DNA of 64,000 nucleotides from a phage. Positions within the stretch are counted from its first letter, which is position 1. Each line of letters starts with the position of its first letter. The notes under the pieces were generated by a model, which did no database searches, was not told the DNA's origin, and worked only from the letters and a program-made list of their open reading frames with translations. The DNA is taken from assembly GCA_036253495.1 (NCBI GenBank), contig GCA_036253495.1_4125.1; one strand, 5' to 3'. The position numbers were made by a program, and so were the translations under genes. This document shows, one piece after another, positions 10,916 to 19,943 of the stretch.

Positions 10916-10950
10916 TACAAAAAAGAAAAGCCAGTATCAAGTACTGGCAT
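10916..10950 (-). terminator. rho-independent terminator between RCC1 paralogs
   Basis: minus-strand GCCAGTA-cttga-TACTGGC + T-run. Confidence 0.6.
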
Positions 10951-10954
10951 TATG

Positions 10955-12064
10955 TTATTTTGGTAAATCAATTTTAGTAAAGACTGCAACATCCTCGCTT
11001 GCACCGGGAATGGCGTAATACGTTCCAGTACTATATACATCTCCATTTTTGGTTAATATTGAAGTCAAACCATCACTAAAAAGAACATCCCTAATCTCAC
11101 TAACTTCAACGGGTAATTGTAAATTTGTAGCACTATATATAGCACCAGTTTGAGAATTGTTTAATCCCAAACCACGGTTCGCCCCAACACCCTTCTGATA
11201 TGTACTGGTAATTACCATTTGTGTAGCAGTATTTAATGCAGGTGAATTCGTCATAAACAACGGAGAACTATTAGGAAAAGTACTTGCAGGAACTGCACGG
11301 AATGTAGTCGTGCCTGAACTAAGAAAGTTTGGAGTTTGACCACATACGAAATATGATGTACCATTATAGTAATTAAATGCATTACCACCAATGGCTGCAT
11401 CGATTACACCAGAACTACGTAATCCCCAAGTGTTAATTTGTGTTTGGTCCCCTGTACCATGCTGCCCACTGCTATTCCATCCAGAACTATATAGCTTATT
11501 ATCTAATGTAATATACATACTATCATTTGCATTAGTCATTACTTTACGCACGTTAGTAGCACATTGAGTTAATGTGTAAATCGATGATGAGCCAATACCT
11601 AAAGAACCACGATATCCATTATCTCCTGCACCATAGAGTACTGAACTAGTGCTAAGTACAAATATTAAACCATTTGTACATACAATATTAGCAATTTCAC
11701 TCACTGGTATAGCATTGGTAAACCAATTAGTCCTTTCAACTAATATAGTACTGTAAGAAGTAGTTGTAGAAGATGAGAACCAGTACGTTTCACCCGATGT
11801 CCATATCGTATTATCATTTTTAATAATAACAAGTGTACGACCACCCACGAAAAAATTAGAAACATCTGAACTTACTAATATCCATGAAGATACCGTGTTG
11901 TTATTACCATTTCCAGATTCACCACCTTGATTTCTACCTATGTAATATAAATCATGTGAATCAGTCAATAAGAATTGACCCTGTGTAGAAGCACCAACTT
12001 TAATTATATTTTTAGGACCGGGTGTAATATTTCCATAATCAAACATTCTAACAAAAGGTAACAT
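10955..12064 (-). CDS. RCC1-like repeat protein, MLPFVRM-anchor paralog
   Basis: N-term MLPFVRMFDYGN; motif GWNSSGQHGTGD; SD AAGGAGG. Confidence 0.7.
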   Translation of the reverse strand: MLPFVRMFDYGNITPGPKNIIKVGASTQGQFLLTDSHDLYYIGRNQGGESGNGNNNTVSSWILVSSDVSNFFVGGRTLVIIKNDNTIWTSGETYWFSSSTTTSYSTILVERTNWFTNAIPVSEIANIVCTNGLIFVLSTSSVLYGAGDNGYRGSLGIGSSSIYTLTQCATNVRKVMTNANDSMYITLDNKLYSSGWNSSGQHGTGDQTQINTWGLRSSGVIDAAIGGNAFNYYNGTSYFVCGQTPNFLSSGTTTFRAVPASTFPNSSPLFMTNSPALNTATQMVITSTYQKGVGANRGLGLNNSQTGAIYSATNLQLPVEVSEIRDVLFSDGLTSILTKNGDVYSTGTYYAIPGASEDVAVFTKIDLPK

Positions 12065-12074
12065 ATTTCCCTCC

Positions 12075-13205
12075 TTAATTTAATAATGCCCCTGGCAAAT
12101 CCACTTTGACGAATTGTGCATATGCTGAGGAATTTTGATCAAAGTTTGGTCCCAATCCATAAAATGAGCTAATGCCGTCTTCATTTGTGTATATGATATA
12201 AACGTTCTTTACATCATTTCCGCATATAAATCGAATGTCTTTCGTTTGTGTTCCCGCTGGAACATTACGAAGGTTAACAACGCCATTACTTGCATTGTTA
12301 TCAGCCGACGCAATTGGTAATTGATTTTGATCATATTGACCACGCATATTTTTTGCATCTAAACCAAACACAGTATTTGATACCGCACCAACTTTCAAAA
12401 ATGAACCAAAACTATTATTGAATGACTTTGGAAATTTACCACTATAAACACTTCTCCCATCTGATAATACCGCTGAACTGAATGCCCCGCTATTCGATAT
12501 GGCAAATTCATTGTAAGGAAGTGTACCCATTTTGGTATATACAGAATATGAATTAGTGGAAGTATTATCAATAATCTTATTACCATTATATCCAATACCA
12601 TACTGGTATCCGTCTGCATCTTGAACTATACACAAAGGACCACTTGGGGTTTGTGTCAACGAAACAACACGTTCAACTTGTATATCACCAAATGTATTTC
12701 TTCGCCATGTTCTATCTATTATAGTACTAGTATTACCCAAAGATAATGCCACACTATATAATAGATTGTTTTCAGTAAAAATGGCAACATAATATGGGTG
12801 GTTAATAACTTGCTTCATCCCAGCATCAATAACTTCCTGTGGAATATGATCAGTAACATCCAACCAATCAAGGTTAGATGATGCAATATCTGGAGTACTG
12901 AATTTGTCAAATCTAGTTGAGCCACAAACTAGCACTCTATCATCATTTGTCAAAGCCACTGTGCTAGTCTGCATATTAGAACTGAATGATTTAACATTAC
13001 TAATGTTAGACTTGTACCAACCCTTATCAGCAGCACCCACCGTGAATCCGGTTCCCATTGATCCACTTGTACTTGTACCATAAGCCCACATCTCACCACT
13101 ATATGTTAGTGCCATACAGTGGCTTCCATTTGCTTGGAAATCCTTTATACCAGTGGGAGCAACCACTGTATTCCCATAATTAAACATTCTAACAAAAGGT
13201 AACAT
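12075..13205 (-). CDS. RCC1-like repeat protein, MLPFVRM-anchor paralog
   Basis: N-term MLPFVRMFNYGN; tightly coupled to downstream paralog (10-nt gap, SD AAGGAGGG). Confidence 0.65.
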   Translation of the reverse strand: MLPFVRMFNYGNTVVAPTGIKDFQANGSHCMALTYSGEMWAYGTSTSGSMGTGFTVGAADKGWYKSNISNVKSFSSNMQTSTVALTNDDRVLVCGSTRFDKFSTPDIASSNLDWLDVTDHIPQEVIDAGMKQVINHPYYVAIFTENNLLYSVALSLGNTSTIIDRTWRRNTFGDIQVERVVSLTQTPSGPLCIVQDADGYQYGIGYNGNKIIDNTSTNSYSVYTKMGTLPYNEFAISNSGAFSSAVLSDGRSVYSGKFPKSFNNSFGSFLKVGAVSNTVFGLDAKNMRGQYDQNQLPIASADNNASNGVVNLRNVPAGTQTKDIRFICGNDVKNVYIIYTNEDGISSFYGLGPNFDQNSSAYAQFVKVDLPGALLN

Positions 13206-13237
13206 ATTTCCCTCCTTTATTCATTATACTATATTTA

Positions 13238-13272
13238 ATCAAAAATAAAAGCCAGTACTTGAGTACTGGCAT
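13238..13272 (-). terminator. rho-independent terminator between RCC1 paralogs
   Basis: minus-strand GCCAGTACTC-aa-GTACTGGC + TTTTATTTTTG. Confidence 0.6.
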
Positions 13273-13278
13273 ATTAAT

Positions 13279-14427
13279 TCATTGTATAAATGACATATCT
13301 ACTTCTGTATAATTAAGAACGTTCTGTCCAGAAATACCACCCATTACTACTATTGCAATGCCACAATAATATAATTTTCCAGTATCCGTAAGTATAAGTG
13401 ATCCAGATGGACTGCGTACCAAATTACAAGAGGTATTAAACGAAGTATATGAAGGAGTATAGGAGTACTGATTAATATTATTACCAACACCTAATTGACC
13501 AGACGAGTTGCTTCCAGATGCATAAAGTACTTCATCACCTTTAACTATATGTGATGCCATGTTACCAACACAAGTATATAAACTATAAACACCTGCACTC
13601 AATAATGTGGGAGTTTTATATTGTATATCAGTAGAAGAGGAAGTACCACCTGTACCAAATTCGTTCCCATATTGTGCACCGAACTGTTTACCACAAGCGT
13701 ACAAATTATTATCCGATTTGATAAAAAATGTACTCTGATAACTTACATTAAAATCTATAACATCCGAAGAAATCATCGTCACCCCAGTAATAGAAGTTTG
13801 ATTACCCGTGCCCAACTGGTAGTAATAGTTAAAACCACAACCCCATAAAGTATTATCTTCTCGCAAATAAATGTTACCAACTGCCTTTTTAACCGAAGTT
13901 ATAGTATCTACTCTTTTGAATGTGTTAAAAGAATTAATGTTTGTACCATCACCAAATGATGATATGTTCGATATATTGTTAGCTCCACAACAATACAATG
14001 TACCATCGTTTGTTATCAAATTCACCTTCATATCATAAAAACTACTCATGTATTTTATATCAGAAACATTAATACCACTTGATGTTATCCACGTAGTACA
14101 GTCCGTCCACAAAGTTTTTCTATCAGTTACACCAGTGAATGCCTTCGTGTTACCAGTGATAAAAACTTTTCCAGTACCTTTCTCTTCATACAATTGACAA
14201 TCACTACTGTTATCTTCCAATAGAACTCGTTTAACATTCTCCGCACAAAGAATAAATTTACTCGATGCTACACCTGTACCAGTACCCCAATTCGTCGCAG
14301 AAGATGCATACAACTTATCAGTATAAGTATCATGAAGATACATGGAATCACTGGAATATATTTTAAAACGTCCATCATCACCAGGGGCAATATTCCCATA
14401 ATCAAACAATCTAACAAAAGGTAACAT
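13279..14427 (-). CDS. RCC1-like repeat protein, MLPFVRM-anchor paralog
   Basis: N-term MLPFVRLFDYGN; motifs GFNYYYQLGTGN, GSNSSGQLGVGN; first gene of minus-strand cluster. Confidence 0.7.
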   Translation of the reverse strand: MLPFVRLFDYGNIAPGDDGRFKIYSSDSMYLHDTYTDKLYASSATNWGTGTGVASSKFILCAENVKRVLLEDNSSDCQLYEEKGTGKVFITGNTKAFTGVTDRKTLWTDCTTWITSSGINVSDIKYMSSFYDMKVNLITNDGTLYCCGANNISNISSFGDGTNINSFNTFKRVDTITSVKKAVGNIYLREDNTLWGCGFNYYYQLGTGNQTSITGVTMISSDVIDFNVSYQSTFFIKSDNNLYACGKQFGAQYGNEFGTGGTSSSTDIQYKTPTLLSAGVYSLYTCVGNMASHIVKGDEVLYASGSNSSGQLGVGNNINQYSYTPSYTSFNTSCNLVRSPSGSLILTDTGKLYYCGIAIVVMGGISGQNVLNYTEVDMSFIQ

Positions 14428-14475
14428 AATTCCTCCTTTATTCATTATAATATATTTAATCAAAAAAGAAAACCC

Positions 14476-14504
14476 TTGACACCCTTTCAGTACTGATGTA
14501 CTAT
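14476..14504 (+). promoter_or_regulatory. sigma70-like promoter for family A array (divergent from RCC1 cluster)
   Basis: TTGACA - 17 nt - TACTAT, then SD AAGGAG and ATG at 14530. Confidence 0.55.
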
Positions 14505-14529
14505 ATGAGAAATCTAAGGAGAATCGTAC

Positions 14530-14757
14530 ATGCCATATGCTCTAAAGTACTACATCAATGAACTAAATGAACTAGAGTACGCAAAGGTTCTCTCTGACCA
14601 ATCGTGGCTAATTGAACTAAAAAATCAGAAGAGCACTGGGTGTAACCTTATGCTTGGTAGTGCACTGAATACCCTTACTGTGAGCATTGTACACAATACA
14701 CTATTAGGGGATACCCGTAAACAATTTTTAAACATCTTAGTACTAGTGGCTATATGA
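14530..14757 (+). CDS. small hypothetical protein, family A-like
   Basis: SD AAGGAG; first ORF after divergent promoter; N-term YALKYY. Confidence 0.55.
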   Translation: MPYALKYYINELNELEYAKVLSDQSWLIELKNQKSTGCNLMLGSALNTLTVSIVHNTLLGDTRKQFLNILVLVAI

Positions 14758-14954
14758 ACATTAACCCGTACTACATCAATGCATTGCACCCTGGGCTACA
14801 AGATGCAATGAAGAACCAAAAAACAGTACTGAAAAATGCTAAACGCATACCAGGACTCCTGAACTCAAACAGGAATAACCTCATCTGGAATGCAATAGAA
14901 GGTAACGAAAGTATGCAGTACTATTTCATCTTAACACTACTATTGGAGTACTAA
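14754..14954 (+). CDS. small hypothetical protein, family A
   Basis: ATGA overlap with upstream; N-term PYYINAL, C-term LTLLLEY. Confidence 0.6.
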   Translation: MNINPYYINALHPGLQDAMKNQKTVLKNAKRIPGLLNSNRNNLIWNAIEGNESMQYYFILTLLLEY

Positions 14955-14955
14955 T

Positions 14956-15165
14956 ATGAATACTGAACATAAAGAATTCTACACCAAATACCTCAGCAAC
15001 GAAGAACAAATGTTTCTAAGGAGTGTACCACCTGTAAGTATAGACACACCCAACACAAGGAATTGCTTTAATAATTGTATACGTAGTACTCTAGAAGCTA
15101 TTGAATGCAATAACAAAAATATGCAGTACTCAAGTTTAATCGGACTAATATACTTCTATGAATAA
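14956..15165 (+). CDS. small hypothetical protein, family A
   Basis: N-term HKEFYTKYL, C-term LIGLIYFYE; coupled. Confidence 0.65.
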   Translation: MNTEHKEFYTKYLSNEEQMFLRSVPPVSIDTPNTRNCFNNCIRSTLEAIECNNKNMQYSSLIGLIYFYE

Positions 15166-15352
15166 TCATAAAGATTTCTACTGTAGTAAACTACACAAGC
15201 AAGACCAGCTATCATTCTCTTTAGCACCACCTATGAGAAAGGATAATCTATATTACAATTACGATTTCAGGATGGCGACACGTTATGCAATAGAACATCA
15301 GTTCCCTGAAACTAAGTACCGCTCTATCCTGAACCTCATCTTTAAGTTCTAA
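15158..15352 (+). CDS. small hypothetical protein, family A
   Basis: N-term HKDFYCSKL, C-term LNLIFKF. Confidence 0.65.
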   Translation: MNNHKDFYCSKLHKQDQLSFSLAPPMRKDNLYYNYDFRMATRYAIEHQFPETKYRSILNLIFKF

Positions 15353-15363
15353 AAAGGTACTAT

Positions 15364-15576
15364 ATGAAAACTACAAACATTCATCAGTACTACATAGATA
15401 TTCTACCTAAAGATGTACAGTTCATACTTAAACAAGAATTCAGTACTTTTAAAAAACTTAAAAGAACCGCACCTTCAGCAATCATCCTGCACCACAAACA
15501 TGTCGTGCGTAATATTCTACAAGGTGCAACAGGGACCGAGTACTTTAATATAGTAAGGCTAATTACATTACAATGA
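15364..15576 (+). CDS. small hypothetical protein, family A
   Basis: N-term HQYYIDIL, C-term IVRLITLQ. Confidence 0.6.
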   Translation: MKTTNIHQYYIDILPKDVQFILKQEFSTFKKLKRTAPSAIILHHKHVVRNILQGATGTEYFNIVRLITLQ

Positions 15577-15758
15577 ATCATATAAGCTACTATTACCAAA
15601 AACTATCCGACAGAGACAAGTACAGCCACAACTCCCATGTGTGGTACTACAAACGCGGCAGTATAAGAGACAAACAACATTACTTCTGTACTGCTATAAA
15701 AGAAGTACTAACAACTAAGTACACGTACAGAGCAGTACTTAAACTTATTGAAATGTAG
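15573..15758 (+). CDS. small hypothetical protein, family A
   Basis: N-term SYYYQKL, C-term VLKLIEM; ATGA overlap. Confidence 0.6.
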   Translation: MNHISYYYQKLSDRDKYSHNSHVWYYKRGSIRDKQHYFCTAIKEVLTTKYTYRAVLKLIEM

Positions 15759-15766
15759 AGAATACA

Positions 15767-15946
15767 ATGCTAGAATACTACCTAAGCGTAATTTACCCAG
15801 AAGATAGATACGGCTTCAATTACTTCTCAATGAGCTATCATTGTAGTTCGCAAAGAAAACAAAGAAAATTACTCCTGAATTGTACTAAATTGGCACAGGA
15901 CGAAATGTTCACATATAATGAAGTACTGAAACTAATTTCTATCTAA
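15767..15946 (+). CDS. small hypothetical protein, family A (59 aa, not in ORF track)
   Basis: MLEYYLSVIY...YNEVLKLISI; below the 60-aa track cutoff. Confidence 0.6.
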   Translation: MLEYYLSVIYPEDRYGFNYFSMSYHCSSQRKQRKLLLNCTKLAQDEMFTYNEVLKLISI

Positions 15947-15954
15947 GGTACACT

Positions 15955-16134
15955 ATGCAAGAATTCTATATCTATAAACTCCAGAACAAAGATAGATACA
16001 TCTATAATCAATTCCAAAGGTACTACACAGTCGGGAACAAAAGAGATAAAAAACGATACCTGCTATCATGTACAGTAGAAGCACAAAACGAAAAGTACAC
16101 GTACAGAGAAGTACTGAAACTAATCTCTATATAA
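15955..16134 (+). CDS. small hypothetical protein, family A (59 aa, not in ORF track)
   Basis: MQEFYIYKLQNKDRY...YREVLKLISI; close paralog of 15767-15946. Confidence 0.6.
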   Translation: MQEFYIYKLQNKDRYIYNQFQRYYTVGNKRDKKRYLLSCTVEAQNEKYTYREVLKLISI

Positions 16135-16144
16135 GGAATAAACT

Positions 16145-16324
16145 ATGCTAGAGTACTACACCGATAATCTCAGTACTAAGGATCGTTTCATGTACGACAC
16201 CTTCGTGAAGTACTACAACCTGGGAACAAAAAGTACTAAAACTATTAATCTCAATAGCTGCATTCATCACGTCCTGACAAAAAATAACCCATACAGAGAA
16301 ATAATCTCGCTTGTAACAGTATAA
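16145..16324 (+). CDS. small hypothetical protein, family A (59 aa, not in ORF track)
   Basis: MLEYYTDNLSTKDRF...YREIISLVTV; overlapping antisense track ORF 16148-16429 rejected. Confidence 0.6.
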   Translation: MLEYYTDNLSTKDRFMYDTFVKYYNLGTKSTKTINLNSCIHHVLTKNNPYREIISLVTV

Positions 16325-16352
16325 GCAGTATAAGCAATTTAAGGAGACTAAA

Positions 16353-17024
16353 ATGAAACTCAATCCACAAAGCAAACGATACCTACAGCACTTCAAGTAC
16401 CTGCAATCAATCCAGGCTGAATCTACCACTAATGCATATACTTATCACCCTAATGTACTAAAGAACCTAAAGAAAAGTAAAAAAACCAGTACAAATGGAG
16501 TTAACGTATCAAAGAACCTTGAATTGTACATGAAGAAAAATAATATAGCTGTTCATTATATGAATATCTATAATACTGATTTAAAAGTATTGAGTACTAA
16601 TACGAGCATGAAGGTACTAAAGAACGCATCCTTCATCATCCATATGCAGTTGGATAATACCCCGTGCACTTTAATGCTATACTTCGGGAATACATACTTC
16701 TTCGGGAATTGTAACACCTCCCACGATGTCAATACAGCACAATTCCAAATGGGTGGCATATACAGTATGGGTTCAGAAGAAATACACGATAACATGCATT
16801 TCTTCCAACAGCAACGTACAGAAGAAACTAAATCAATTGTAGAATTCCTCAAAGAACTAGAACACAAAGAATTATCAGAAGAAGAACTATTCATGTACAG
16901 TACTGTAATCGATAATCCTGTACTGTACAAAAACGCGTACAATCTTACAAAACATGTACAGGAACTTATCAGTACTAATAAGAAAATTCATCACCTCATT
17001 ACATATATTACAAACTATGCATAA
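16353..17024 (+). CDS. hypothetical protein (223 aa) with family C-like EEELFMYSTVID motif
   Basis: SD AAGGAGA; embedded in family A array; C-terminal motif resembles family C core. Confidence 0.6.
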   Translation: MKLNPQSKRYLQHFKYLQSIQAESTTNAYTYHPNVLKNLKKSKKTSTNGVNVSKNLELYMKKNNIAVHYMNIYNTDLKVLSTNTSMKVLKNASFIIHMQLDNTPCTLMLYFGNTYFFGNCNTSHDVNTAQFQMGGIYSMGSEEIHDNMHFFQQQRTEETKSIVEFLKELEHKELSEEELFMYSTVIDNPVLYKNAYNLTKHVQELISTNKKIHHLITYITNYA

Positions 17025-17199
17025 AGAATACTACGTAAGTAAACTTACAATAGATCTCCAAAAACTTATTCCCCAAAAACCTGTAGATTTCAAAGATAAA
17101 AGCCAAACTATATTCTACCGATATCAAACAGAATCTGCAATAAATGAAGATGATATCTATAACTTGTACAATGTACTAACACTTATATACAGGTACTAA
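17017..17199 (+). CDS. small hypothetical protein, family A
   Basis: start MHKEYYVSKL overlaps upstream stop (ATGCATAA); C-term LTLIYRY; track extension rejected. Confidence 0.65.
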   Translation: MHKEYYVSKLTIDLQKLIPQKPVDFKDKSQTIFYRYQTESAINEDDIYNLYNVLTLIYRY

Positions 17200-17200
17200 T

Positions 17201-17389
17201 ATGCACAAAGAATACTACACAAAATATTTCCCAATGTACCTCATAACTAATCTATTAGATAAACCTCGCGGTATCAATGCACAAAACGATAAAAAGTACT
17301 TTACTATGTGCACTAAAGCATGTATACAAGATTATGATAGCTATCATCGAGCACTGTACCACACCCTGTACCTCGCATTCGTGTACTAA
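17201..17389 (+). CDS. small hypothetical protein, family A
   Basis: MHKEYYTKYFPM...LYLAFVY. Confidence 0.7.
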   Translation: MHKEYYTKYFPMYLITNLLDKPRGINAQNDKKYFTMCTKACIQDYDSYHRALYHTLYLAFVY

Positions 17390-17398
17390 GGAAATAAT

Positions 17399-17584
17399 AT
17401 GCATAAAGAATACTACATAAATAAACTCCCAATGCATCTACAATACCTTGTACCAACAAAACCATTGGGTATAGAAAAAGACTACGAAAAAGACTACTTC
17501 GTTAAGTGCACTAAATCCTCGATAGATATTGACGACTATAATCGAGTACTGTATCACATCCTTTTACTAATATATAAGTACTAA
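17399..17584 (+). CDS. small hypothetical protein, family A
   Basis: MHKEYYINKLPMHLQYLVPTKPLGI...LLLIYKY. Confidence 0.7.
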   Translation: MHKEYYINKLPMHLQYLVPTKPLGIEKDYEKDYFVKCTKSSIDIDDYNRVLYHILLLIYKY

Positions 17585-17585
17585 T

Positions 17586-17774
17586 ATGAACGACTATAAA
17601 GAATACTACCAAGATAAACTCCCAATGCATCTCCAACACCTTGTGCCAACAAAACCATTGGGCATAAAAGATCATGCAAAAATAATGTTCCAACAATGTA
17701 CTAAGTACACCCTAATATACGATGACAATCCATATATGCTGTACTACATAACAATGCTAATATTCAGGTACTAA
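17586..17774 (+). CDS. small hypothetical protein, family A
   Basis: MNDYKEYYQDKLPMHLQHLVPTKPLGI...MLIFRY. Confidence 0.7.
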   Translation: MNDYKEYYQDKLPMHLQHLVPTKPLGIKDHAKIMFQQCTKYTLIYDDNPYMLYYITMLIFRY

Positions 17775-17776
17775 TC

Positions 17777-17977
17777 ATGTATAAAGAATACTATATGAGT
17801 AAACTATCAAGCACCGAAAGAATCTGGTGCGAAGCCGCCGCCCCCGTTAATCCAAAAAGTGCATACGCAAAAATGGGCTTTAGGAAAGCTACAACGAACT
17901 CAATTGAAGCTCTAGAACAAGATGACACTAAAGCACTATACTCTAACCTAATGTTGCTAGTATATATCTATGGATAA
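17777..17977 (+). CDS. small hypothetical protein, family A
   Basis: MYKEYYMSKL...LLVYIYG. Confidence 0.65.
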   Translation: MYKEYYMSKLSSTERIWCEAAAPVNPKSAYAKMGFRKATTNSIEALEQDDTKALYSNLMLLVYIYG

Positions 17978-18161
17978 TTATAAAGAATACTATAAACAAT
18001 TTGTTAAAGAGAACTACAAAGATGCCGTCCCCGTAATCCCTTTAAATTCCCATGACCCAAGTTCTATATTCTTGTTTAAGGACGCAATACGTACAGTACT
18101 CAATACTAAAGATGAACAGGTGCAGTACGTATTCTTACTATTACTTATATACAGACACTAA
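17970..18161 (+). CDS. small hypothetical protein, family A
   Basis: MDNYKEYYKQF...LLLIYRH. Confidence 0.65.
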   Translation: MDNYKEYYKQFVKENYKDAVPVIPLNSHDPSSIFLFKDAIRTVLNTKDEQVQYVFLLLLIYRH

Positions 18162-18162
18162 T

Positions 18163-18360
18163 ATGAATGACCATAAAGAATTCTATATAAGTAAACTCAA
18201 AGAGAATGAACAAGTATGGATTAACGCTCTAATCCCTCTACCAATGACTCGATATGAATTTAATAAATGTACTAATATAGCAATAGACCCTTCTCCTGTT
18301 CTAGAGAATGTACAGTACAATCAGTACTACTATATCTTAATGCTTATATATAGGAAGTAA
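18163..18360 (+). CDS. small hypothetical protein, family A
   Basis: MNDHKEFYISKL...LMLIYRK; track N-terminal extension from 18052 rejected. Confidence 0.65.
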   Translation: MNDHKEFYISKLKENEQVWINALIPLPMTRYEFNKCTNIAIDPSPVLENVQYNQYYYILMLIYRK

Positions 18361-18990
18361 TTAAACACATATAGCTAGGGGAAGCTCCGTAGTGCAAGCA
18401 TTATACAGGCTTTAACATATGTTGCATATGTTAAAATTCAGCCTGGACAAATGCGATCACTAGGATTCTCCCCAGGCTAAACCCCGTAATCATAAGTAAT
18501 CATATATAAACATTTAAGTAATCATTTATAATCATTGTAGTGAACAGTATTGAGTACTAGAGTGCAGGAATGATTCAGAATGATTCAGTACTGATATCCC
18601 ACTAAGTAGGCAAATGAAGTCGCCCAAAATTTACATAATTTTACAGTACTGAACAATTGCAAAACAAATCATTTCCAATCAAAAGTAATCACGGAATGAC
18701 CAGTACTGAAAACTCCCAATCACCTATTCAAAAAAGTTCAATTTACCCTTTGTCAAAAATCCCGAATACCCATTGGGGAAAATTCCGAATACCCCTTGAG
18801 GCTCCAGCAAAAAGTTGGTTAGTACTCCATCGTAAATCTGGATCGTAAAAATTTTGGAGTACCTATGAAATAAAAGTTGGATCTTCGAAAGTTGAAATTT
18901 ACATTGGGACATATAGGATTAGTGGGATATAATGAGTTTTGAAGAGATACAGAGTATACGATTTCAGTACTGAATAATGGAAGAAATCTA

Positions 18991-19018
18991 TTGACATTAT
19001 GATTCAGTACTGTATAAT
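18991..19018 (+). promoter_or_regulatory. sigma70-like promoter with no downstream ORF
   Basis: TTGACA - 16 nt - TATAAT with AGTACTG spacer; T-run about 115 nt downstream. Confidence 0.5.
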
Positions 19019-19140
19019 GTTCTACATAGAGTGATGAATTGCCGCAAACAATTCAGAGCCTTAGCCCTCCTGTCGTGAGACAGTACAGAAGAGATTGAAT
19101 CCTCCTATGCAGTGGTTCATCTTTGACAACCTCTTTTTTC
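19019..19140 (+). ncRNA. candidate small non-coding transcript
   Basis: starts after promoter 18991-19018; no ORF or SD; internal hairpin CTGTC-gtga-GACAG; ends at CCTCTTTTTTCG. Confidence 0.25.
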
Positions 19141-19150
19141 GTAATATAAA

Positions 19151-19219
19151 CAGTACTGTTATTAACAGAATGGTAGCAGTACTGTTATTAACAGAATGGT
19201 AGCAGTACTGATATTAATC
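19151..19219. repeat. tandem direct repeat (26 bp x 2.6)
   Basis: CAGTACTGTTATTAACAGAATGGTAG x2 then CAGTACTGATATTAATC. Confidence 0.85.
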
Positions 19220-19372
19220 TAATATAATGTTACCATGCAATGTGGTGAATTTCCCTTAACAGTATTCAGTACTACATGATAGTCTTCATCCTCCTAGGGT
19301 AACATAGTGAGGGCTATGATGGCAGTACTGAATACTCCCTTCTTAAAGATAGATCTATGGTATAGTACTGAC

Positions 19373-19413
19373 GGATTTTGGGCGTAGTAACCCTGGGTGG
19401 ATTTTGGACGTAG
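19373..19413. repeat. direct repeat GGATTTTGG(G/A)CGTAG x2
   Basis: two copies 11 bp apart; related motif recurs at ~19745 and ~19950. Confidence 0.7.
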
Positions 19414-19444
19414 AGATGCCTAGCCCTCCAGAAGTCTGGAAGTA

Positions 19445-19592
19445 AAGATGGCTATCCCTCTAGACGGCTGGATGGCTGGATGGCTAGATTTCTAGATGGC
19501 TGTACTGCTAGACGTTTGGACGGCTAAACGGCTAGATGGTTAAACGTCTGGATGTATAGACGGTTAAATCAAAATTTTTATTTTGTTTTTTC
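19445..19592. repeat. iteron-like array plus AT-rich tract (candidate replication origin)
   Basis: about 10 degenerate copies of (T/G)(A/G)GA(T/C)GG(C/T)T in ~125 bp, followed by AAAATTTTTATTTTGTTTTTTCC. Confidence 0.4.
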
Positions 19593-19725
19593 CAATAGTT
19601 CCCCTACCGCGTGGGGATGGTTTCCCCGCAGTATCTGGAGTTAGATTTTTCTGAATCTGGAAACATTATCCCAGTTTTAGCGGGGTATGTCAACCGCCTG
19701 GATGAATATTTTTAAAAAATAATCT

Positions 19726-19808
19726 AGTACTGAATTTTGGGCGTAACTATGCACCCGGTGGGCTAGAGTCTTTCTCGACTTGATGAAATAATTATAGCAG
19801 TACTGAAT
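19726..19808. repeat. ~80-bp repeated intergenic element (copy 1)
   Basis: AGTACTGAATTTTGGGCGTA..GCACCCGGTGGGCTAGAG..TAATTATAGCAGTACTGAA; copies at 19944-20030 and 24041-24127. Confidence 0.6.
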
Positions 19809-19943
19809 TATAAAAGCAATAGCCTAAGTGTAAAAAGTTTTAATTAATTTGCTTGCCATCCTGGGGCGTACTATGGTACTATGATTCAGTACTGAGAAAG
19901 TACTTTGACCCGCTAGGGTGCGGGAGTGTATCCTTTTTAAATT

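Noticed and set aside
3617-13848. Plus-strand track ORFs inside the minus-strand RCC1 genes (3617-3841, 5350-5550, 10270-10485, 13621-13848) and minus ORF 12395-12619
   Set aside because: Short, fully embedded in or antisense to long conserved coding frames, with no SD or promoter; judged spurious.
4342-14463. ORF-track N-terminal extensions of the RCC1 paralogs (MNKGG..., MPVLCTGF..., MEVLGSTLQ..., MIKYIIMNKGG...) and the TTG start at 4431 of the large protein
   Set aside because: The extensions start at ATG/TTG codons without an SD inside the conserved intergenic cassette; an AAGGAGG (or GAGGA) SD sits 5-7 nt before the internal ATG (MLPFVRM... or MINSIK...), and two paralogs in the track already start at MLPFVRM.
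19151-19219. Possible CRISPR array
   Set aside because: Only 2.6 directly abutting 26-bp repeats with no unique spacers and no cas genes; it is a simple tandem repeat.
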